DNA of 64,000 nt. Source: an uncultured Planctomycetia bacterium (GTDB taxonomy: Bacteria; Omnitrophota; Gorgyraeia; Tantalellales; Tantalellaceae). Shown here piece by piece: positions 48,060 to 57,051 of the stretch (the first letter of the stretch is position 1; each line of letters opens with the position of its first letter). The notes beneath the pieces were generated by a model. It had not been told where the DNA came from, did not search any database, and saw nothing but the letters and a program-made list of their open reading frames with translations. The position numbers and the translations under genes are program-made. The DNA lies in the NCBI GenBank assembly GCA_964527765.1, contig CAZGQR010000002.1:50986-114985 (forward strand), read 5' to 3'.

Positions 48060-48557
48060 ATGAAAAGCAGAATAGTTTTATTTGTCCTGGCGTATTTAAT
48101 CTGGTGTTTCTTGAACTGGGTGCCGGACTGGCAGCATCTCCTGGTCGGGGTCTTTGCGGCGTTTCTTGTCGCGTTTCTGACCGGCGATCTTTTCATGACC
48201 AGGCCGCGGATCCTGAAGAACCCCCGGCGCTACTGGTATTTTATGGCGCAATACATACCCAGATTTTTATGGGAATGTTTCAAGGCGAACATCGACGTGG
48301 CATACCGTGTTATTCACCCGAAACTCCCCATAAATCCGGGGATCGTCAAGGTCAAGACGAAATTAAAAACGGATACGGCCCTTACGTTCCTGGCCAATTC
48401 GATAACGCTTACGCCGGGGACCATGAGCGTGGATATAGACAGGGAAAAAGGGGTCCTGTACATACACTGGATCAATGTGAAAGAGACGGACGTTGAGGCC
48501 GCGACCGAGGCCATTGTCGGAAGGTTTGAGAGGATACTCGCAAGGATTTTTGAATAA
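48060..48557 (+). CDS. mnhE: MrpE/MnhE subunit
   Basis: ANIDVA, PGIV, ANSITLTPGT, LYIHW. Confidence 0.92.
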   Translation: MKSRIVLFVLAYLIWCFLNWVPDWQHLLVGVFAAFLVAFLTGDLFMTRPRILKNPRRYWYFMAQYIPRFLWECFKANIDVAYRVIHPKLPINPGIVKVKTKLKTDTALTFLANSITLTPGTMSVDIDREKGVLYIHWINVKETDVEAATEAIVGRFERILARIFE

Positions 48558-48570
48558 AGGAATGACGAAC

Positions 48571-48939
48571 ATGAAAATAATAAGATGGTTTTTAGGGGCG
48601 GTTGTTTTGATAGTCATCATCGCCATGGTCGTCGTAAGGCCGTTTCCTTTTCTTTTTTATCCCGATCTTCCTTATATAGGCGTTCTCGGCAGGGCCATGT
48701 ACATACTTGTCCTGGCGTGCGCCTTGTGCCTTTACCGGGTGTTCATGGGGCCCACAGGCGCCGACCGGATCGTAGCTATCGATATATTCGGTATCATGAT
48801 AATCGGTTTCTGCGCGGTGCTTACCATTTCGACCGGCAGATCATGGTACATAGATATAGGGATAGCCTGGGCACTGCAGAGTTTCATAGCCACGCTCGCG
48901 CTTTCAAAATATCTGGAAGGAAAGGGTTTCGATGAGTGA
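48571..48939 (+). CDS. mnhF: MrpF/MnhF subunit
   Basis: R...GPT.ADRIVAID, FIATLA. Confidence 0.88.
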   Translation: MKIIRWFLGAVVLIVIIAMVVVRPFPFLFYPDLPYIGVLGRAMYILVLACALCLYRVFMGPTGADRIVAIDIFGIMIIGFCAVLTISTGRSWYIDIGIAWALQSFIATLALSKYLEGKGFDE

Positions 48940-49267
48940 TATTATAGGGCTGGTATTTATAGCTGTCGGTCTTGCTTTTGACTTTTTCGGGTGTCTCGGC
49001 CTCGTAAGGCTCCCGGATGTTTATAACCGCCTGCAGGCCGCGACGAAAAGCGTTACCCTGGGGACGTGCAGTATCCTTTTCGGGACGTTCCTGATCGTGG
49101 GGGCCAATGCCGCGGGGCTGAAATCTCTTCTTTGTATCATATTTATTTTGCTGACCTCGCCTGTGGCGGCGCATGCGGTGGCAAGAGGCGCCCACAGGGC
49201 CGGATTCAAACTATGGGATAAAAGCGTTATTGACAGGTACGCTGAGGACAAGGAAGGCGAGATATAA
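48932..49267 (+). CDS. mnhG: MrpG/MnhG subunit
   Basis: GLVRLPDVYNRLQAATK..TLG, TSPVAAHA. Confidence 0.92.
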   Translation: MSDIIGLVFIAVGLAFDFFGCLGLVRLPDVYNRLQAATKSVTLGTCSILFGTFLIVGANAAGLKSLLCIIFILLTSPVAAHAVARGAHRAGFKLWDKSVIDRYAEDKEGEI

Positions 49268-49903
49268 ATGAGAATACCGAAGCCGAAGATAAGAGAGATA
49301 ATAGAAGCCGTGAAAGCGCTTATCAAAGGTCCGTATACGTCAAGGTTCCCCAAGGTCGGGCATGAGCCGTATCCGAGTTTCCGGGGGCAGCCGAAGTATA
49401 ACGACGAGAAATGCGTGGGGTGCCTGGCCTGCGTGCATGTCTGTCCGGTCGGGGCGCTTGATTTTAAGGATTCCGCCGATCCCAAGGATCCCAAAAGGAC
49501 GTTATACCACCACACGGATACCTGTATATTCTGCGGACAGTGTGAGGCTGCGTGCATAGCCGATAACGAGGGAATAAAGCTTTCCAGGGACTGGGAACTT
49601 TCTTTCTTTGAAAGAAAAGAAGCCACGGAGAGCATCGAAAAAGAACTGCAGCTGTGCGAGATATGCGGCGATCCCATCGCCTGCAAGGATCATTTAAAAT
49701 GGATATCTCAAAAGTTAGGTGAATTGACCTATTCAAGCCCTACCTTGTATCTGTCCCGTCTTAAAAGTCTCGGCATCGTAGATGAGAATATTATTTCCGC
49801 GATGAAGGATTACGGTCGTTCCGACAGGACAAAGATCCTCTGCGCCCGCTGCAGGAGGGAAACGACTCTTACCACGAAAGAGTCCGAAACGACTAAAAAG
49901 TAA
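49268..49903 (+). CDS. NuoI/MbhN-like 2x[4Fe-4S] subunit with extra Cys pairs
   Basis: CVGCLACVHVCP, CIFCGQCEAAC, CEICG, CARCRR. Confidence 0.88.
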   Translation: MRIPKPKIREIIEAVKALIKGPYTSRFPKVGHEPYPSFRGQPKYNDEKCVGCLACVHVCPVGALDFKDSADPKDPKRTLYHHTDTCIFCGQCEAACIADNEGIKLSRDWELSFFERKEATESIEKELQLCEICGDPIACKDHLKWISQKLGELTYSSPTLYLSRLKSLGIVDENIISAMKDYGRSDRTKILCARCRRETTLTTKESETTKK

Positions 49904-49928
49904 CCGTAAAGGACAGGATTTCCTCAGG

Positions 49929-50411
49929 ATGAAGAATAATATGCCGGAAGTGTCTAAAATTCTTTCGAAAGTGTTTAAAGGCAGGACCGTTATCGTCGGC
50001 ATGGGCAACGTTCTCAAGGGGGACGATGCTTTCGGTCCGAGGCTGGTCGAAAGGCTGAAGGGCGATGCAAAAGCCGTGTGCATAGACGCGGGAAGCGCAC
50101 CTGAGAATTATACGGGCAAGATAATAAAGGAAAGACCCGAGACGATCATTATCGCCGATGCGGTACATCTGGGGCTGAAGCCCGGGGAGTGCGACGTTTT
50201 AAGAAAAGACGATATCGTCAGGAGCGGATTTACGACGCATGATATTTCTCCGGTCATGTTCATCGAATATCTGGAAAACCAAACGGGAGCGGATATTTAT
50301 ATGCTGGCTGTCCAGCCGGAGACTGTCGGCTTTGGAGAAGAGATGTCCGACAGCGTTAAAAAGGCGCTTGAGGAGATCTCTGTACTGATAAAGGAGGCGC
50401 AAGATGCATGA
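49929..50411 (+). CDS. hycI: Hydrogenase maturation endopeptidase (HycI-like)
   Basis: GMGN.LKGDDAFG, APEN, DAV, TTH. Confidence 0.9.
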   Translation: MKNNMPEVSKILSKVFKGRTVIVGMGNVLKGDDAFGPRLVERLKGDAKAVCIDAGSAPENYTGKIIKERPETIIIADAVHLGLKPGECDVLRKDDIVRSGFTTHDISPVMFIEYLENQTGADIYMLAVQPETVGFGEEMSDSVKKALEEISVLIKEAQDA

Positions 50412-50646
50412 AACACATTTGATAGAGCCCGTGATAAAGGGCATATCCGAGCATGCCCGGAAAGAAGGAGCAGGATCGGTGAGCAAGGTCAGGCTGAAAG
50501 TAGGGGCCCTTACCTGCGTCAGGGAGGACTCCTTCAGGGAGACTTTCAGTGTCCTGGCGAAGGGGACCGTTCTCGAGAATGCGGAACTGGAGATCACGTT
50601 CTTCCCGGGCTCGAGGGTCGAAGTGGTGTCGTTCGATATTGATTAG
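50404..50646 (+). CDS. hypA: Minimal HypA (Ni-binding domain only, zinc finger absent)
   Basis: MHE N-terminus, V.LKVGALTCV..SF..F...GT..E.AELEI; no CxxC pairs; 80 aa. Confidence 0.8.
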   Translation: MHETHLIEPVIKGISEHARKEGAGSVSKVRLKVGALTCVREDSFRETFSVLAKGTVLENAELEITFFPGSRVEVVSFDID

Positions 50647-50651
50647 ATCAC

Positions 50652-50725
50652 TGATGTTCGAATTGTTTTCGGGAACCATGCCCGCTCGGTCGTTCGACGT
50701 CCCGCTCGAAACAATTCAAACATCA
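50652..50725. repeat. Intergenic long inverted repeat
   Basis: TGATGTTCGAATTGTTT (50652-68) and AAACAATTCAAACATCA (50709-25) are 16/17 complementary around a 40-nt GC-rich spacer. Confidence 0.7.
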
Positions 50726-50746
50726 ACAAACGAATAAATAAATATT

Positions 50747-51826
50747 ATGAACAGGACAATACTCGCGCTCGGCGCGGACATAAAGAACAGATCTCTTCTG
50801 GGAAGAGGGCGGGAACTGCGCTTCGGACCCGATATAGGGGACCTGAGCGATGCCGCGAACTATGAAAGGTTCCGGAAGGAAGCGGCGCTTCTGGCGAAGA
50901 GAGCCGGCACCAGGCCGGGTATCGTCGCCTGTGACCTTCACCCGGGATATTTCTCGGCCAGGTTCGCGAAGGACGGCCGGAAATGGTTCGCTAAAAATTA
51001 CAGGACCGTTCCTGTCCAGCATCACCACGCGCACGTAGCGAGCGTGATGCAGGAATACGGCCTGGAAGGTCCTGTCATAGGCGTGTCTTTTGACGGGACG
51101 GGTTACGGGACGGACGGGAACATATGGGGCGGTGAGTTCCTCATTGTCGATAAAGCCGGGTTTAAAAGGGCGGGTCATCTCAGGTACCGCATGATGCCCG
51201 GAGGCGACAGGGTGGTCTCCGAACCGTGGAGGATGGTACTGAGCATACTGGGGGAAAAGGGAGCCGGTTTGATCAAAAAGGTGGATCGAAAGAATAAAGA
51301 TCTTGTCCTGGCAATGATGTCAGGGAATATAAACTCACCGCTGACTTCAAGCGCGGGACGCCTTTTTGATGCCGCTGCCGCACTTCTGGGTGTATGTGAA
51401 TACGCCTCGCGCGAAGCGGAAGGCCCCGTAAAGCTTGAATCCATGTGTGAAGGAAACGTAGAGGAAAGTTACGGATTTGAGATATTAAAAGATGATGACC
51501 GCGATGTAATAGATACCGGGGGTTTGTTCCTGGGGATGGCCGCTGATATGAAAAAAGGTAAAGACAAGGGAGTTATAGCCGCCAGGTTCCACAATTCCAT
51601 GGCTGAAGTTATCGTTAAGACGGCCGGGAGGATATCGAAACGTTCCGGCATCATGGATATCGCGCTGAGCGGTGGGGTCTTTCAGAACGATCTCTTAAGG
51701 ACCGGGGTCATGAAAAGATTGGGCCGTTCGGGTTTCAAGGTGTTCATCAACAGTTCCATCCCTGTCAACGACCTGAACATAGCATTGGGGCAGTATTATG
51801 TGTCTGGCAATTCCTGCAAGAGTTGA
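50747..51826 (+). CDS. hypF: Short HypF (Kae1-like carbamoyltransferase domain only)
   Basis: LALGADIKN, CDLHPGY, VQHHHAH, DGTGYGTDG.IWGGE, TSSAGRLFDA, SGGVFQN, ND..IALGQ; 359 aa. Confidence 0.88.
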   Translation: MNRTILALGADIKNRSLLGRGRELRFGPDIGDLSDAANYERFRKEAALLAKRAGTRPGIVACDLHPGYFSARFAKDGRKWFAKNYRTVPVQHHHAHVASVMQEYGLEGPVIGVSFDGTGYGTDGNIWGGEFLIVDKAGFKRAGHLRYRMMPGGDRVVSEPWRMVLSILGEKGAGLIKKVDRKNKDLVLAMMSGNINSPLTSSAGRLFDAAAALLGVCEYASREAEGPVKLESMCEGNVEESYGFEILKDDDRDVIDTGGLFLGMAADMKKGKDKGVIAARFHNSMAEVIVKTAGRISKRSGIMDIALSGGVFQNDLLRTGVMKRLGRSGFKVFINSSIPVNDLNIALGQYYVSGNSCKS

Positions 51827-52055
51827 GAGTATCGAAAAGAGCGCTGCCGTCGTGGATTTCGGCGGCGTGCGTAAAAAGATCTCGCTTGGGGTCCTGAGCG
51901 GCGTGAAAAAGGGAGATCATGTCCTGGTCCATGCCGGGTTCGCGATAGGAAAAGTAGAGAGGGAAGAGGCGGAGGACACGCTGAAAGTATTGCGGGAGCT
52001 GAAGGAGGCGGTGAGAGAAGAAAGCGGCATGGCGGGGACAGGCCCTTTTAACTGA
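51798..52055 (+). CDS. hypC: HypC
   Basis: MCLAIPA, GDHVLVHAGFAI. Confidence 0.95.
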   Translation: MCLAIPARVESIEKSAAVVDFGGVRKKISLGVLSGVKKGDHVLVHAGFAIGKVEREEAEDTLKVLRELKEAVREESGMAGTGPFN

Positions 52056-52056
52056 T

Positions 52057-53067
52057 ATGAAGAAGATAAAGCTGATGGAAGTATGCGGGACGCATACAAT
52101 GGCGATCGCGAAGGCGGGTATCAAAAAACTCCTTCCCGAGGGAATAGAGCTCATCTCCGGTCCGGGTTGCCCCGTATGCGTGACCTCCCAGGAAGATATC
52201 GACAGGGCGATAAAGATCGCCGGCGTGAAGGATGTCATCATGGCTACCTTCGGCGACATGATGCGGGTGCCGGGAAGCCTGGGGAGCCTCGAGGATATTA
52301 AAAGACGCGGTGCGGATGTGCGGATCGTGTACTCATGCATCGATGCGCTGGATATGGCAGAAAAGAACCCTTCCAAAAAAGTCGTTTTCATGGGGGTCGG
52401 TTTTGAGACGACCTCTCCCACCGTGGCGGCGACCGTGATAGAGGCAAAAAGGCGGAAGGCGCGGAATTTTTTCGTCCTGTCGGATTTCAAGCTTATTTTC
52501 CCGGCTCTTGAGGCTATCGCCGGGTCCGGCAGGGTCGGGGTGGACGGCTTTTTGTGCCCGGGGCATGTCAGTGTCATCACGGGGAGCGTTCCTTATGAAA
52601 GAATAGCGAAGCGCTACGGGAAGGCCTGCGTTATAACAGGGTTTGACGATGCTGATATTATAAAGGGAATAAAGCGCCTCGTCGACCAGATACAGAGAAA
52701 CGAGAGCGAGGTCGAGATCGAGTACAGAAGGGCTGTCGGCAAAGAAGGCAATGTTACCGCAAAGAAGGTCTTGCGCGCGGTGTTCAAACCGGGCCCGGCG
52801 CGGTGGAGAGGGCTTGGGAAGATAGAAAAAAGCGGCCTTAAGTTAAGGAAAACATATGAGAGGTTCGATGCCGAGAAAGAATTTAAGATCAAAATCCCCA
52901 GACCGAAGCCGCATAAGGGCTGCATATGCGGGGATGTTCTCCAGGGGATAAAGTCGCCTGTTGACTGCAAACTGTTCGGGAAAAAATGTGACCCCCGCAG
53001 TCCCGTGGGGCCCTGCATGGTTTCCTCGGAAGGCACTTGCGCGGCATATTTTAAGTACGGGGCATAG
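52057..53067 (+). CDS. hypD: HypD
   Basis: MEVCGTHT, GPGCPVC, GFETT, PGHVS, GPCMVSSEGTCAA. Confidence 0.95.
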   Translation: MKKIKLMEVCGTHTMAIAKAGIKKLLPEGIELISGPGCPVCVTSQEDIDRAIKIAGVKDVIMATFGDMMRVPGSLGSLEDIKRRGADVRIVYSCIDALDMAEKNPSKKVVFMGVGFETTSPTVAATVIEAKRRKARNFFVLSDFKLIFPALEAIAGSGRVGVDGFLCPGHVSVITGSVPYERIAKRYGKACVITGFDDADIIKGIKRLVDQIQRNESEVEIEYRRAVGKEGNVTAKKVLRAVFKPGPARWRGLGKIEKSGLKLRKTYERFDAEKEFKIKIPRPKPHKGCICGDVLQGIKSPVDCKLFGKKCDPRSPVGPCMVSSEGTCAAYFKYGA

Positions 53068-53068
53068 T

Positions 53069-54061
53069 ATGGCACACAAAAATATAACCCTGGCTCACGG
53101 CAACGGCGGCAGGCTCATGCACGAGCTTATTGACGTGTTCCGTTCGAAGTTCTCGAACAGGATACTGGATGAATTATCGGATGCCGCCGAGATCCGTTTG
53201 CGGGAAGACCGGCTGGCCTTCAGCACGGATTCGTTCGTGGTAAAACCCCTGTTTTTCCCCGGCGGCGATATAGGTAAACTCGCCGTTCATGGCACGGTAA
53301 ACGATATATCCATGAAAGGCGCAAAGCCGCTGTTCATCTCTCTTGCCTTAATTCTCGAGGAGGGACTTGAGCTTTCCGTGCTTGAGAGAATAGTCTCTTC
53401 CATAAAACAAGCTTCCCGTAAAGCCGGGGTCAAGGTCGTTACGGGCGATATAAAGGTCGTTGAAAAAGGCGCCGCCGATAAGATCTTCATAAATACTTCC
53501 GGTATAGGCGTTATCGGTCATTCCGGGAAAAGTGTAGGTTCCAGGGCGCGAAAGGGCGATTCTGTCGTGATCAACGGCGGGATAGCCGAGCACGGGATGG
53601 CGATCCTGAATGCCAGGGAGGGTCTGGGTTTTGAATCCGGTATAAGAAGCGATTGCCGCAACCTGAACTTTGAAGTTGAGAGGTGCCTTAAGGCGTCAAG
53701 GAATATAAGTGTCATGCGCGACCCTACAAGAGGGGGGCTTGCCACGGCGCTGAACGAGATAGCGTCCGCCTCAAATCTTGGCATAGAGATCCACGAAAAG
53801 GATATACCGGTCAAGCCGGGGGTAAAAAGATTGTGTGATGTTCTGGGGCTTGACCCCCTGTACATCGCCAATGAGGGAAAATTCGTCTGTTTTGTCAAAG
53901 AAAAGGACGCGCCGAAGATAGAGCGCTCGATGGGTCGGGGCGCCCGGATCATAGGAAAAGTCACTTCCGCCCACAAAAAAGAGGTCCGTCTGCGGACACG
54001 GATCGGTTCAAGCCGTATCCTGCCGGCCCTGGAATCGGATCAACTCCCCCGCATCTGCTGA
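53069..54061 (+). CDS. hypE: HypE
   Basis: HGNGG, TDSFVV.PLFFPGGDIGKLAV.GT.ND, RDPTRGG, ANEG, C-terminal PRIC. Confidence 0.95.
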   Translation: MAHKNITLAHGNGGRLMHELIDVFRSKFSNRILDELSDAAEIRLREDRLAFSTDSFVVKPLFFPGGDIGKLAVHGTVNDISMKGAKPLFISLALILEEGLELSVLERIVSSIKQASRKAGVKVVTGDIKVVEKGAADKIFINTSGIGVIGHSGKSVGSRARKGDSVVINGGIAEHGMAILNAREGLGFESGIRSDCRNLNFEVERCLKASRNISVMRDPTRGGLATALNEIASASNLGIEIHEKDIPVKPGVKRLCDVLGLDPLYIANEGKFVCFVKEKDAPKIERSMGRGARIIGKVTSAHKKEVRLRTRIGSSRILPALESDQLPRIC

Positions 54062-54074
54062 TATCGAAAAAAGC

Positions 54075-54121
54075 TTGACGTCGGGCAACAACTGTGTTAC
54101 GATTTTGAAAATCGTAACACA
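54075..54121 (+). promoter_or_regulatory. Promoter overlapped by a perfect 29-bp palindrome, probable NikR operator
   Basis: TTGACG (54075-80), 17 bp, TACGAT (54098-103); TGTGTTACGATTTT-G-AAAATCGTAACACA (54093-54121) directly upstream of nikR. Confidence 0.82.
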
Positions 54122-54133
54122 AGGAGATCCAAA

Positions 54134-54550
54134 GTGGCGGAATTAATGCGTTTCGGCGTATCGCTGGAAAAAGACCTTCTTGATAAGTTTGACAGGATTA
54201 TCAGGATCGAAAATTATTCCAACCGTTCCGAAGCCATCCGCGACCTGATAAGGGAAAAGCTTGTCAGGAAAGAGTGGAAGGGAAAAGCCGAGGTAGCCGG
54301 AGCCGTTATCCTCGTTTATGATCATCACAAAAGGGACCTTTTGAATTCTCTCGTGGATATCCAGCACGACTTTCATCACCTGATCATCGCCAACCAGCAT
54401 GTTCACCTGGACCATCACAATTGTCTTGAGATCATTGTGGTCAAGGGAAAGCCCGGAGAGATCGAAAAACTTGCCCACAAATTAAAATCCGCCAAGGGGG
54501 TCAAACACGGCCAGCTTACGGCGGCTACGACAGGAAAAGAACTGGCATAA
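54134..54550 (+). CDS. nikR: Nickel-responsive regulator NikR
   Basis: RFGVSL, NRSEAIRDLIR, YDHH, QH, HVHLDHHNCLE. Confidence 0.96.
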   Translation: MAELMRFGVSLEKDLLDKFDRIIRIENYSNRSEAIRDLIREKLVRKEWKGKAEVAGAVILVYDHHKRDLLNSLVDIQHDFHHLIIANQHVHLDHHNCLEIIVVKGKPGEIEKLAHKLKSAKGVKHGQLTAATTGKELA

Positions 54551-54622
54551 AAATTTTTTTGAGATGCAATAACACGAATATGGTATTTGTAACACGGATA
54601 AAAAAGTAAGGAGGAGAAAGAG

Positions 54623-56047
54623 ATGTTTTTCAGGAAAGCCGTTACGGTTATCGGCGCGACGAGCATGTTTTTATTTTTTTGTATCTCTGCCTTCGGGGCG
54701 GATGTGCCGTCGAATGCGGAACTTCTCAAGGAACTCAGAGAGATGCGAAAAATAATAAAAAAGCAGGATGAAAGGATCGCGGTGCTGGAAAAACAGCTGC
54801 AGGAACAAAGTAAAGCGGTGGAAGAACAGCAAAGTGCGAGTGACGCCCGTAAGCGGGAAATGGACCTTTTACACGGCAAAGTCGCGGAAACGCAAAAGGC
54901 CCTGGCGGTGAGGGAAGCGGCGCCGGCGGACGCGCGCAAGGAAGAGCTGGACCGCTTGCGCGGCGTAGCGGAAGCCTTCGAGGGACTCATTATCAACGCG
55001 GGGATAACCGCTGTCGGGCAGGGCACGCCGGACGCCAATAACGCCGGCGGAGGGGAAGACTCCAGATTCGACGGGTCGTACTCGGTGGATGTTGAACTTG
55101 AGAAACAGTTCGACGATTATGGGCTGGCATTTATTCATCTGGAAGCCGGCCAGGGCGATACCATAGAAGGGGACCTGGCGGTTTTCAGCAATGTCAATAG
55201 GGACGCCGGGGATTCAAACGCGCATGTCGACGTGACGGAAGCCTGGTACGAGCACTTTCTGTTTGACAGGCAGGTGATAATCACGGGCGGGAAACTTGAC
55301 GCCTCGGGCTTTATCGATACCAACGAGTACGCGAACGATGAGTGTTCGCAGTTCCTCGGGCGCATGTTCAGGAATTCCGACGCGATCGATTGGCCTGACG
55401 ATAATGCCCTGGGCGGGCGGATAATGCTTGCCCCGGAAATGCTGAAGGCCTTTGAGCTTGATGCCGTTTACATGGACGAGGACGGCGACTGGGAGGAGAT
55501 ATTCAACAAACCGTTTGCCGGCGTTCAGCTTAATTTCATGCCGGCCAGGGCGTTTGACTACGACGAGGATATGTGGGGAGGCAACTACCGCGTGTACTTC
55601 TGGTATAACGGGGCGGACCATACCAAGTGGAAAGACGCCGAAAAGACGAAGGAGACCAACTGCGGCGTCGGCCTGAGCTGTGACCAGATGCTTACGGAAG
55701 TTTTCGGCCTGTTTGGCCGGTTCGGATGGCAGAATCCCGAAGTGAGCGTTCTGGAATATCACTGGTCCGTCGGCGGGCAGATGACCGGTCAATATTGGAA
55801 CAGGGAAAGGGATGTTGTCGCCGTGGCTGTGGGGCAGGCGATCCCCGGCAAGGAATACGGCGATGCCGGTAATCCTCATGACAACGAAACACACCTCGAA
55901 GCTTACTACGCTTATAAAGTGAATGACCATCTTACCCTGTCTCCCGATATGCAGTTTATCTGGGATCCCAACGGCGTGGGAAACAGCGCCGACGGCGACA
56001 ACGATTGTATATTTGTATATGGCGTAAGAGGCCAGGTCGATTTTTAA
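54623..56047 (+). CDS. Outer-membrane porin (OprB-like) with N-terminal coiled coil
   Basis: Signal peptide, coiled coil, EAWYE, GKLD, EAYY....LSPDMQ, C-terminal GVRGQVDF beta-signal. Confidence 0.78.
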   Translation: MFFRKAVTVIGATSMFLFFCISAFGADVPSNAELLKELREMRKIIKKQDERIAVLEKQLQEQSKAVEEQQSASDARKREMDLLHGKVAETQKALAVREAAPADARKEELDRLRGVAEAFEGLIINAGITAVGQGTPDANNAGGGEDSRFDGSYSVDVELEKQFDDYGLAFIHLEAGQGDTIEGDLAVFSNVNRDAGDSNAHVDVTEAWYEHFLFDRQVIITGGKLDASGFIDTNEYANDECSQFLGRMFRNSDAIDWPDDNALGGRIMLAPEMLKAFELDAVYMDEDGDWEEIFNKPFAGVQLNFMPARAFDYDEDMWGGNYRVYFWYNGADHTKWKDAEKTKETNCGVGLSCDQMLTEVFGLFGRFGWQNPEVSVLEYHWSVGGQMTGQYWNRERDVVAVAVGQAIPGKEYGDAGNPHDNETHLEAYYAYKVNDHLTLSPDMQFIWDPNGVGNSADGDNDCIFVYGVRGQVDF

Positions 56048-56061
56048 AAAAGGGGGGAAAG

Positions 56062-56697
56062 ATGCATATACCGGATGGTTTTTTGACCGCCAGCACATGG
56101 GTGCCCGCCTGGGTCCTGTCCGCAGGCGGTATCGGGTATTGCCTGAGAAAGACGGGGGAGATACTTAGAGACAGGATGATCCCCTTGATGGGGGTCATGG
56201 CGGCTTTTATTTTCGCGGCGCAGATGCTTAACTTTCCCGTAGTCGGGGGCACGTCCGGCCATCTGCTGGGGGGAGTACTGGCCGCGGTTCTGCTCGGGCC
56301 GTATGCCGGAGCTCTCGTGATAACAGTGGTTTTGATCGTCCAGTGTTTTGTTTTTCAGGACGGGGGAGTGACGGCGTTGGGCGCCAACGTATTTAATATG
56401 GCTATTGTCGGAGCTATGGGGGGATATTTTCTCTACGGTTTTCTAAGGCGGGGCATAAAGGGCACTGCCGGTCTTATTGTGGGGGCCGGTGTTGCCGCAT
56501 GGGCGTCCGTGGTCGTTGCTTCGATCGTTTGCGCGGTTGAACTTGCCTTATCGGGTACCTCGCCGATAAGGATCGCGTTGCCGGCCATGGCGGGTATCCA
56601 CGCGCTCATAGGTATAGGAGAAGCGATCATAACCTGCCTGGTCGTGTCGTTCGTCGCGAAGGTAAGGCCCGACCTGATATATAAGATCGCAGAATGA
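56062..56697 (+). CDS. cbiM: ECF Ni/Co transporter S component CbiM/NikM
   Basis: N-terminal MHIPDG, GTSGH, DGG.TALGAN, HALIGIGE. Confidence 0.92.
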   Translation: MHIPDGFLTASTWVPAWVLSAGGIGYCLRKTGEILRDRMIPLMGVMAAFIFAAQMLNFPVVGGTSGHLLGGVLAAVLLGPYAGALVITVVLIVQCFVFQDGGVTALGANVFNMAIVGAMGGYFLYGFLRRGIKGTAGLIVGAGVAAWASVVVASIVCAVELALSGTSPIRIALPAMAGIHALIGIGEAIITCLVVSFVAKVRPDLIYKIAE

Positions 56698-56708
56698 GAT
56701 CATGTAAA

Positions 56709-56741
56709 CCCCGCCGGAGAGGCCTGCCTTCCCCGGCGGGG
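56709..56741. repeat. GC-rich intergenic hairpin
   Basis: CCCCGCCGG / CCGGCGGGG perfect 9-bp arms between cbiM and the PDGLE gene; no U-tract. Confidence 0.6.
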
Positions 56742-56753
56742 CAAGAAGGAGAG

Positions 56754-57047
56754 ATGACGATGAAAAAGAAGGAAATATTTTTCGGTATCCTGGCAGCGCT
56801 TTTTTTGGCCGTAATGCTTTCTCCGTTCGCTTCTCCCTGGCCGGACGGTCTGGAAAAAGTTGCCGAGGATAAAGGGTTCCTGGAAAAGGGCGAGGGCGAG
56901 CCCCTTCTTATTTCGCCCGTTCCCGATTATGTCTGGCCGAAACTGGAAAACGAAAAGGTCGCTACAGCGGTCGCCGGCGCGGCCGGAACGCTGATCACGT
57001 TCGGAGGAGGCATTGCCCTGGCGGCCCTTATCAAACGGCGGGGCTGA
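56754..57047 (+). CDS. PDGLE-domain (NikN-like) ECF component
   Basis: ASPWPDGLEKVA, PDY; two TM helices; AAGGAG RBS. Confidence 0.9.
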   Translation: MTMKKKEIFFGILAALFLAVMLSPFASPWPDGLEKVAEDKGFLEKGEGEPLLISPVPDYVWPKLENEKVATAVAGAAGTLITFGGGIALAALIKRRG

Positions 57048-57051
57048 TACA

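Noticed and set aside
39910-49903. Respiratory complex I or Mbx/Ehr (non-hydrogenase)
   Set aside because: The large subunit retains all four Ni-ligating Cys and a cleavable tail, and HycI, Hyp and Nik genes are adjacent, so a true [NiFe]-hydrogenase is better supported
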